A stretch of 64,000 nt of DNA. Source: a virus. The DNA lies in IMG/VR virus record IMGVR_UViG_3300049855_000348, positions 1 to 64,000 of that record, one strand, 5' to 3'. A program made the position numbers and the translations under genes. Each line of letters starts with the position of its first letter. Within the stretch, counting starts at the first letter, position 1. Below the pieces are notes generated by a model that saw only the letters and a list, made by a program, of their open reading frames with translations, had not been told where the DNA came from and made no database searches. Below, piece after piece: positions 18,571 through 23,011 of the stretch.

Positions 18571-18648
18571 TGCGGAGTAACTGGAGATGGAACCAGCCCA
18601 GCCTCATAAGCTGAACAAACGTGTGTTCGAGTCACACCTCCGCAACCA
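18571..18648 (+). tRNA. tRNA-Met or Ile2 (CAT)
   Basis: 78 nt. Acceptor tgcggag/ctccgca, D-stem ctgg/ccag, anticodon loop ctCATaa, T-arm gtgtg-ttcgagt-cacac, CCA encoded. Confidence 0.7.
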
Positions 18649-18650
18649 TT

Positions 18651-18839
18651 TGCAAGGACCTCTCTGCCCACCATCTCGATCCTAAGAAGAAAGAAGACAA
18701 CATCGGTACGATGGTCAGAAGAAGAGTGGCTATCAAAACTTTGGAAATCGAACTGCAAAAGTGTCTCTGCGTGTGTGAGAACTGTCATCGCAAGATCCAT
18801 GCAGGTATCATCAAACCTTTTCTCAGTGCTGGATCATGA
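18651..18839 (+). pseudogene. HNH endonuclease remnant (HNH core only, no credible start)
   Basis: The frame reads ...SAHHLDPKKKEDNIG...CLCVCENCHRKIHAG.., the H-H...N...CxxCH..H core. There is no ATG upstream of the HH, and the ORF-track start lies inside the tRNA-Met. Confidence 0.5.
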
Positions 18840-18886
18840 CCGAACGCCTGTGGTCATTCCCTGGCGGGCACTCGGATTCTTCACAT

Positions 18887-18963
18887 GGTGGTCGTAGCTC
18901 AATGGATAGAGCACTGGACTGTGGCTCCAGCGGCTGTGGGTTCGACTCCCATCGATCACACCA
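18887..18963 (+). tRNA. tRNA-His(GTG)
   Basis: An extra 5' G (G-1), acceptor gtggtcg/cgatcac, D-arm gctc-aatggata-gagc, anticodon loop ctGTGgc, CCA encoded. Confidence 0.8.
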
Positions 18964-19047
18964 GTTCATTGTGCGGAGTACGCGCCTGACCCAGGCAAGA
19001 GGGTTTGCTCTAACCTCCCAGAGAAGAACGGGAGGTTGCTTCGGCAT

Positions 19048-19121
19048 GGCTTGGTCGCTCAACGGCAGGGCGCTGGTTTGAAAAACCAGAGACGAAGGTT
19101 CGACTCCTTCTCAAGCCACCA
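19048..19121 (+). tRNA. tRNA-Phe(GAA)
   Basis: 74 nt. Anticodon arm ctggt-ttGAAaa-accag, T-arm gaagg-ttcgact-ccttc, CCA encoded. Confidence 0.8.
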
Positions 19122-19133
19122 TCTCCTTCTCAC

Positions 19134-19211
19134 GGTCGGTTCACTGCATGGTGCAGTGTGCGCAAGGACAGTCCCCTAAGCACGGCGGTTCGATTCCCCG
19201 GCTGACCACCA
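19134..19211 (+). ncRNA. tRNA-like RNA A: normal acceptor, D-arm, T-loop and CCA but no canonical anticodon arm
   Basis: Acceptor ggtcggt/gctgacc and D-arm actg-catggtg-cagt. The 26 nt at the anticodon position form only gtgc/gcac around an 18-nt loop, gcAAGGacagtCCCCTAAgc. No 5-bp/7-nt arm is found in any register. Confidence 0.5.
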
Positions 19212-19221
19212 TTTTTTTCAT

Positions 19222-19294
19222 CGGCTGGAATAGGTGCGCGTAAGGCATCAGATCCCCTCAAGCGATGGAGGTTCGATTCCTCCCTGGCCGACCA
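19222..19294 (+). ncRNA. tRNA-like RNA B: 7-bp acceptor, T-arm and CCA with a 38-nt non-cloverleaf body
   Basis: Acceptor cggctgg/ctggccg and T-arm ggagg-ttcgatt-cctcc. The body contains cgc-GTAAGGcatcagatCCCCTCAA-gcg. Confidence 0.5.
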
Positions 19295-19407
19295 AGTACG
19301 ACTTCTCGGGTTCCGCAAGGAACGATCGTCCTACTGGCTACAACGGTGAAAATCCGGTGGATGCCAGAGGTGGTGGGATGGCTCACCAAATAAACTGAGA
19401 CTCATAA
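19295..19407 (+). ncRNA. structured spacer RNA (GNRA-capped helices), homologous at its 3' end to 19485..19592
   Basis: Helices gttcc-GCAA-ggaac, ctggc...gccag enclosing ccgg-tgaaaat-ccgg, and ggtg...cacc, followed by AAATAAACTGAGACT. Confidence 0.4.
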
Positions 19408-19484
19408 GCACCGATCGGCTGGTGGAAAAGCTACCTCCCTTTCAAGGAGATTCTTCGCGGGTTCGACTCCCGTTCGGTGTACCA
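19408..19484 (+). tRNA. tRNA-Glu(TTC)
   Basis: 77 nt. Acceptor gcaccga/tcggtgt, anticodon loop ctTTCaa, T-arm gcggg-ttcgact-cccgt, CCA encoded. Confidence 0.75.
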
Positions 19485-19592
19485 ACGACGGAGCACAGTG
19501 ATCGAAAGATCGACCGGCTAGGCAACTCGCAAGAGTGCTCGAAAGGGCGGAGTCTAGTGGGGTGTAAGCACCTCGAATAAACTGTGAGTTAT
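19485..19592 (+). ncRNA. structured spacer RNA (GAAA- and GCAA-capped helices)
   Basis: Helices gatc-GAAA-gatc, actc-GCAA-gagt, gagcac...gtgctc and ggtg-taag-cacc, followed by GAATAAACTGTGAGTT. Confidence 0.4.
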
Positions 19593-19666
19593 GGTCCTTT
19601 CTGTCAGTGGCAGGCAGCCTGATTCTCAGTCAGACAACGTCGGTTCGATTCCGACAAGGACTACCA
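19593..19666 (+). tRNA. tRNA-Glu(CTC)
   Basis: 74 nt. Acceptor ggtcctt/aaggact, D-arm tgtc-agtggca-ggca, anticodon loop ttCTCag, T-arm gtcgg-ttcgatt-ccgac, CCA encoded. Confidence 0.65.
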
Positions 19667-19670
19667 GCAA

Positions 19671-19766
19671 GAGCGGGACACTGGTTCGAGGCCAGTCATC
19701 GCAAGATGTAGCTCAGGGTGAAAACGTAAGGCATCAAACCCCCAAGTAATCCGGAAGAGCACGCTC
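19671..19766 (+). ncRNA. circularly permuted tRNA-like RNA X1 (T-arm, then GCAA-capped acceptor-like hairpin, then D-arm; the termini form the anticodon-like stem)
   Basis: GAGCG-ggac-ACTGG-ttcgagg-CCAGT-CATC-gcaa-GATG-ta-GCTC-[42-nt insert with GTAAGGcatcaaaCCCCCAAG]-GAGC-a-CGCTC. Every helix was read directly. Confidence 0.55.
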
Positions 19767-19771
19767 TATTT

Positions 19772-19849
19772 GTTCCTGAGGACTAACGGCTAGGTCACCT
19801 CCCTGTCACGGAGTCATTCAAGTGGGTTCAACTCCCATCAGGAACGCCA
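19772..19849 (+). tRNA. tRNA-Asp(GTC)
   Basis: 78 nt. Acceptor gttcctg/caggaac, anticodon loop ctGTCac, T-arm gtggg-ttcaact-cccat, CCA encoded. Confidence 0.75.
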
Positions 19850-19853
19850 ACAT

Positions 19854-19927
19854 CCACGCTTCGTCTAATGGCAGGGCACCGATCTGATACGTCGGATACC
19901 AAGGTTCGATTCCTTGAGCGTGGACCA
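19854..19927 (+). tRNA. tRNA-Ile(GAT)
   Basis: 74 nt. Acceptor ccacgct/agcgtgg, anticodon arm ccgat-ctGATac-gtcgg, T-arm caagg-ttcgatt-ccttg, CCA encoded. Confidence 0.75.
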
Positions 19928-19941
19928 CTTCAGTTTCACAT

Positions 19942-20016
19942 TGTGGGATGGCCTATGTGGTAGGGCACCCGGTTGTTACCCGGACTATACTGGTTCGACT
20001 CCAGTTCCCACAGCCA
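19942..20016 (+). tRNA. tRNA-Asn(GTT)
   Basis: 75 nt. Acceptor tgtggga/tcccaca, anticodon loop ttGTTac, T-arm actgg-ttcgact-ccagt, CCA encoded. Confidence 0.75.
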
Positions 20017-20021
20017 CTTTT

Positions 20022-20097
20022 GGGGTCGTAGCTCAATTGGCAGAGCACCTGTTTTGCACGCAGGATGTTAGCGGTTCAAGTCCGCTCGATTCCACCA
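20022..20097 (+). tRNA. tRNA-Ala(TGC)
   Basis: 76 nt. G3:T70 wobble present, anticodon arm cctgt-ttTGCac-gcagg, CCA encoded. Confidence 0.8.
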
Positions 20098-20167
20098 CGC
20101 GGGAGTAATCTGAGAAATCAGAGAGAATTACCAGCCTCACAGCCGGCAAGGAGTAGACTGTGGTTTT

Positions 20168-20243
20168 GGGGAGTTAGCTCATCTGGTAGAGCGCGAGCAT
20201 GGCATGTTCGAGGCGAGGAGTTCAAGTCTCCTACTCTCCACCA
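20168..20243 (+). tRNA. tRNA-Ala(GGC)
   Basis: 76 nt. G3:T70 wobble present, anticodon arm cgagc-atGGCat-gttcg, CCA encoded. Confidence 0.75.
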
Positions 20244-20602
20244 CTTTCAATCATACGGGCGGCGATATCTCAGAAGCGTAAGGATGATCCCCCAAGTTAT
20301 GAGAAAATCCTATGGGGTGAAAGCCCTCAACTGTCCACCACTCGATCGGAACGTCAGTCGCAGCGTAAGGCTTTTATCAAATCCCCAAGCTGTGCAGTAA
20401 CGCAACTGCTGGTGAAAGACCAGCCTGATCACTCTTCAAACGAAACCCTGGCGGTGAAAAACCGCTTCCTCGGCGCATCCCCTACGTTGGTCTACCTCTG
20501 AAGTTTATCGACCCAGGGCTTCGTGTTTCTGCTAGCTAGATTCATGGGTACCATCAGCGACATCGACGATCAACTCTACGTTCAGCACATCAAGTAACGC
20601 AT
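20244..20602 (+). ncRNA. about 360-nt non-tRNA structured region rich in GNRA-capped helices, with two copies of the GTAAGG..CCCCAAG loop motif
   Basis: Helices gggt-GAAA-gccc, gctggt-GAAA-gaccagc, gcggt-gaaaa-accgc, gcagt-aacgca-actgc and cagc-[GTAAGGcttttatcaaatCCCCAA]-gctg. The only ORFs are short and overlap tRNAs. Confidence 0.4.
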
Positions 20603-20677
20603 ACGTCGATAGCTCCAATGTAGAGCGACGGTTTCCAAAACCGTTGGTTGGGGGTTCAAGTCCCTCTCGACGTGCCA
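20603..20677 (+). tRNA. tRNA-Trp(CCA)
   Basis: 75 nt. Acceptor acgtcga/tcgacgt, anticodon arm acggt-ttCCAaa-accgt, CCA end encoded. Confidence 0.8.
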
Positions 20678-20682
20678 TTCAC

Positions 20683-20757
20683 TGAGAGATAGTTCAACGG
20701 TAGAACGCTGCCCTCTGGAGGCAGATGCTAGAGGTTCGAGTCCTCTTCTCTCAACCA
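20683..20757 (+). tRNA. tRNA-Gln(CTG)
   Basis: 75 nt. Anticodon arm ctgcc-ctCTGga-ggcag, T-arm agagg-ttcgagt-cctct, CCA encoded. Confidence 0.8.
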
Positions 20758-20760
20758 CAC

Positions 20761-20835
20761 TCAGGAATAGTTCAACGGTAGAACGCTGACCTTTGGAGTC
20801 AGTTGCTCCAGGTTCGAGTCCTGGTTCCTGAACCA
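20761..20835 (+). tRNA. tRNA-Gln(TTG)
   Basis: 75 nt. Anticodon arm ctgac-ctTTGga-gtcag, T-arm ccagg-ttcgagt-cctgg, CCA encoded. Confidence 0.8.
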
Positions 20836-20843
20836 TTTCACAT

Positions 20844-20922
20844 CTGCGTGTAGCTCAGCCTGGAACAGAGCACTTGCCTTGGGAGCAAGGGGTCGGAGGT
20901 TCAAATCCTCTCACGTAGACCA
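20844..20922 (+). tRNA. tRNA-Pro(TGG)
   Basis: 79 nt. Anticodon arm cttgc-ctTGGga-gcaag, T-arm ggagg-ttcaaat-cctct, CCA encoded. Confidence 0.8.
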
Positions 20923-20927
20923 TTCAT

Positions 20928-21009
20928 GACGGTCGAGTCGAAAGTCGGGCGCTCCGGCATCAGATTGCAACCCTGATGACAGGTGGTTGAACTCCACCGA
21001 TCGTCTCCA
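20928..21009 (+). tRNA. tRNA-Cys(GCA) with an enlarged (about 14-nt) D-loop
   Basis: 82 nt. Acceptor gacggtc/gatcgtc, D-stem gtcg/cggc, anticodon loop ttGCAac with an A:C at the 31:39 pair, T-arm ggtgg-ttgaact-ccacc, CCA encoded. Confidence 0.55.
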
Positions 21010-21014
21010 TTCAC

Positions 21015-21090
21015 GTGTGTGTATCTCAGTGGCTAGAGAGCTTCCTTGCCAAGGAAGAGGTCGCAGGTTCAAGTCCTGTCACACACTCCA
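21015..21090 (+). tRNA. tRNA-Gly(GCC)
   Basis: 76 nt. Anticodon arm cttcc-ttGCCaa-ggaag, CCA encoded. Confidence 0.8.
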
Positions 21091-21092
21091 AC

Positions 21093-21161
21093 AGGGGCAA
21101 ATGCGGGTTCAACTCCCGCTGCGACTTCGGTCGTATCGTCTAACCCGGTAGGACGGCCCCA
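21093..21161 (+). ncRNA. circularly permuted tRNA-like core X2 (T-arm, then UUCG-capped acceptor-like hairpin, then D-arm); further helices extend to about 21282
   Basis: aGGGG-caaat-GCGGG-ttcaact-CCCGC-t-GCGAC-ttcg-GTCGT-at-CGTC-taacccggtag-GACG-g-CCCC. Downstream helices are ccgtgcgg/ccgcacgg and ccgctc/gagcgg. Confidence 0.5.
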
Positions 21162-21282
21162 CCCCGTGCGGATTGGATACCCGCACGGAATCCGAAGTCC
21201 TCAGGTTCAAGCCAAGGCAACCGCTCGCCGAGCGGAATACAAAATGCGGCTAGAGCAGGGGAGCACGAACGTGGCCCCGTTT

Positions 21283-21356
21283 GCCGATGTAGGTCAATGG
21301 TAGATCTGCTGCCTTCCAAGCAGAGGACGCGGGTTCGATTCCCGCCATCGGCTCCA
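21283..21356 (+). tRNA. tRNA-Gly(TCC)
   Basis: 74 nt. Acceptor gccgatg/catcggc, anticodon loop ctTCCaa, T-arm gcggg-ttcgatt-cccgc, CCA encoded. Confidence 0.8.
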
Positions 21357-21360
21357 TCAT

Positions 21361-21436
21361 GTGTGCCTAGCTCAATGGATAGAGCATCTGACTACGGATC
21401 AGAAGGTTGAAGGTTCGAGTCCTTCGGTACACGCCA
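21361..21436 (+). tRNA. tRNA-Arg(ACG)
   Basis: 76 nt. Anticodon arm tctga-ctACGga-tcaga, T-arm gaagg-ttcgagt-ccttc, CCA encoded. Confidence 0.8.
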
Positions 21437-21469
21437 TTGCATAGCGATCTTTTTGGCTAGCATGTAACC

Positions 21470-21997
21470 ATGTCACTCAAAGATGCCCTCTTTCACTTTC
21501 GTGATCTTGGTTACTACGTTGATGATCAAGGAAATGTATTCAACCCAAGAGGAAAGATTCTTCGGTGTTCAACAAACAAAGATGGTTACAAAAGAATTAC
21601 CACAAGAATGAGAAATCATCCAGTTCATGGGGATTGGTGCCCTAAGGTTGAGGTTCACCGTCTTGCCGGTTATCAGAAGTTCGGAGACAAAATCTTCACC
21701 GAAGGACTTGAGATCTGTCACGATGATGGCGATAAGCGAAACAACGCCAAAGACAATCTGCGACTCGATACGCACAAAAGTAATATGATGGATGTTCCTC
21801 AAGAGGTAAGGATCAATAGAGCAAGACGTGCTGGTAGAGAACATGCCAAGCTAACAGATGAGCAGGTTGCTCACATTCGTTCATCTGGCATGACTCTGAA
21901 ACAGATCATGCAAACATACGGTATCAGTAAGTCTGGTGCCTCCTACGTCAGATCAGGAAAGACTTACGCCAGCCCGTGTATCCCCTCGCTTTCCTAA
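21470..21997 (+). CDS. HNH (HNH_3-type) homing endonuclease with a C-terminal HTH
   Basis: 175 aa with ...GYKRITT...EVHRLAGYQKFG...EICHDDGDKRNNAKDNLRLDTHKSN.. and LTDEQVAHIRSSGMTLKQIMQTYGISKSG. The gene is AT-richer than its surroundings and is embedded in the tRNA array. Confidence 0.75.
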   Translation: MSLKDALFHFRDLGYYVDDQGNVFNPRGKILRCSTNKDGYKRITTRMRNHPVHGDWCPKVEVHRLAGYQKFGDKIFTEGLEICHDDGDKRNNAKDNLRLDTHKSNMMDVPQEVRINRARRAGREHAKLTDEQVAHIRSSGMTLKQIMQTYGISKSGASYVRSGKTYASPCIPSLS

Positions 21998-22051
21998 AGC
22001 GGTGAAAGGGTAACTGGACACATGCAGGTTCAAATCCTGCCTCGGGTACCA
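21972..22051 (+). ncRNA. atypical tRNA-like RNA E1 (possible tRNA-Arg(CCT) lacking a D-arm)
   Basis: Acceptor gcccgtg/ctcgggt (one T:T mismatch), then 7 nt, then arm tcgct-ttCCTaa-agcgg, then 21 nt, then T-arm gcagg-ttcaaat-cctgc and A-CCA. Its 5' end overlaps the HNH gene's 3' end. Confidence 0.4.
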
Positions 22052-22054
22052 CAT

Positions 22055-22132
22055 CGGGGTCCTAGTACGGGAGTGTCTGCATACCATTCGGTCACTACAG
22101 CCTCGGCGGTTCAATCCCGCCAACCTCGACCA
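22055..22132 (+). ncRNA. tRNA-like RNA with acceptor, T-arm and CCA but a long hairpin in place of the D and anticodon arms
   Basis: Acceptor cggggtc/aacctcg (6 of 7 pairs) and T-arm ggcgg-ttcaatc-ccgcc. The body forms agtgtctg-cataccatt-cggtcact, an 8-bp stem with a T:T mismatch and a 9-nt loop. Confidence 0.4.
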
Positions 22133-22135
22133 CAT

Positions 22136-22211
22136 GCGATCGTATTTCAATTGGAAGAACACCACCCTCCGAAGGTGGAAGGTGCAGGTTCGAGTCCTGC
22201 CGATCGCGCCA
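22136..22211 (+). tRNA. tRNA-Arg(CCG)
   Basis: 76 nt. Anticodon arm ccacc-ctCCGaa-ggtgg, T-arm gcagg-ttcgagt-cctgc, CCA encoded. Confidence 0.8.
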
Positions 22212-22214
22212 TCT

Positions 22215-22290
22215 GGTGACGTAGCTCAATGGACAGAGCTTCCAGCTTCTACCTGGATGGTTGGAGGTTCGAGTCCTCCCGTCATCGCCA
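22215..22290 (+). tRNA. tRNA-Arg(TCT)
   Basis: 76 nt. Anticodon arm tccag-ctTCTac-ctgga, T-arm ggagg-ttcgagt-cctcc, CCA encoded. Confidence 0.8.
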
Positions 22291-22294
22291 TCAT

Positions 22295-22369
22295 GCTGCC
22301 ATAGCCGAGTGGTAAGGCACTTCATTCGTAACGAAGAGACCGGGTGTTCGATTCACCCTGGCAGCACCA
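22295..22369 (+). tRNA. tRNA-Thr(CGT)
   Basis: 75 nt. Acceptor gctgcca/tggcagc, anticodon loop ttCGTaa, T-arm gggtg-ttcgatt-caccc, CCA encoded. Confidence 0.7.
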
Positions 22370-22373
22370 TCAC

Positions 22374-22449
22374 GCCCCCATAGCTCAGTTGGTAGAGCAA
22401 CAGTTTTGTAAACTGTAGGTCGTCGGTTCGATCCCGACTGGTGGCTCCA
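22374..22449 (+). tRNA. tRNA-Thr(TGT)
   Basis: 76 nt. Anticodon arm acagt-ttTGTaa-actgt, T-arm gtcgg-ttcgatc-ccgac, CCA encoded. Confidence 0.8.
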
Positions 22450-22456
22450 TTTTCAC

Positions 22457-22530
22457 GCTGCTATAGTTCAGTGGTAAAACACGTCCTTGGTAAGGACGAG
22501 CCCCAGGTTCAATTCCTGGTAGCAGCACCA
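22457..22530 (+). tRNA. tRNA-Thr(GGT)
   Basis: 74 nt. Anticodon arm cgtcc-ttGGTaa-ggacg, T-arm ccagg-ttcaatt-cctgg, CCA encoded. Confidence 0.8.
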
Positions 22531-22535
22531 TTCAT

Positions 22536-22611
22536 CCATCAGTAGCGTAATTGGCAGCGCAGCGGGTTTTTACCCCGTGGGTTGTGAGTTCGACTCTCAC
22601 CTGATGGACCA
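22536..22611 (+). tRNA. tRNA-Lys(TTT)
   Basis: 76 nt. Anticodon arm gcggg-ttTTTac-cccgt, T-arm gtgag-ttcgact-ctcac, CCA encoded. Confidence 0.8.
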
Positions 22612-22617
22612 TCGCAT

Positions 22618-22693
22618 GCATCCATAGCTCAACTGGCAGAGCACTCGGTTCTTACCCAAGGGGTTGGAGGTTCAAATCCTCCTGGATGCACCA
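22618..22693 (+). tRNA. tRNA-Lys(CTT)
   Basis: 76 nt. Acceptor gcatcca/tggatgc, anticodon loop ttCTTac, T-arm ggagg-ttcaaat-cctcc, CCA encoded. Confidence 0.75.
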
Positions 22694-22707
22694 TCATTAC
22701 ATAAGTC

Positions 22708-22941
22708 ATGCCAGCATGGAAATGGATGATCCTGAAGTTCTGTACCAGAGCGCATTTCATGCGGCTCATAGCAACCTTGATCATCCTCATCGCAGGCTTT
22801 CAATCTCTCTACTACCAGAAGATTGAAGACACGTGGTTGATCCTGGTTGGTGCAGTGATGAACCACTACTTCAACCACAAAGAAGCTGCGAACGTCACGG
22901 AAGAAGACAAGAATCCGGACGACGAATGCAAGGTCGGTTAG
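22708..22941 (+). CDS. small two-TM membrane protein (hypothetical) inside the tRNA array
   Basis: 77-aa ORF with two hydrophobic segments (LIATLIILIAGF and WLILVGAVM). Its 3' end overlaps the next tRNA by 10 nt. Confidence 0.4.
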   Translation: MPAWKWMILKFCTRAHFMRLIATLIILIAGFQSLYYQKIEDTWLILVGAVMNHYFNHKEAANVTEEDKNPDDECKVG

Positions 22942-23006
22942 TTCAGCGGTAGAACGCTTCTCTTACACGGAAGATGTCGGGGGTTCGATCCCCTCACCGA
23001 CTACCA
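22932..23006 (+). tRNA. tRNA-Val(TAC)
   Basis: 75 nt. Acceptor ggtcggt/accgact, anticodon arm cttct-ctTACac-ggaag, T-arm ggggg-ttcgatc-ccctc, CCA encoded. Confidence 0.8.
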
Positions 23007-23011
23007 CTTGC

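Noticed and set aside
17946-20501. Track ORFs inside the tRNA array (for example 17946..18278, 18108..18425, 18435..18800, 18836..19081, 20065..20400, 20199..20501)
   Set aside because: They run through tRNA genes or overlap each other on both strands. They have no Shine-Dalgarno or promoter geometry, and their translations are low-complexity.
19284-21282. Group I introns splitting tRNA genes as an explanation for the structured spacers
   Set aside because: Every flanking tRNA is complete on its own, no orphan tRNA halves flank the spacers, and the spacers are 100-190 nt. The 360-nt region at 20244..20602 was not excluded and is listed as a finding.
21437-21469. Partial antisense copy of the class I promoter (ATAGCGATCtttttGGCTAG) upstream of the HNH gene
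   Set aside because: The -35 is degenerate (TTACAT) with an 18-nt spacer. It would fire antisense into tRNA-Arg, so it is likely a remnant.
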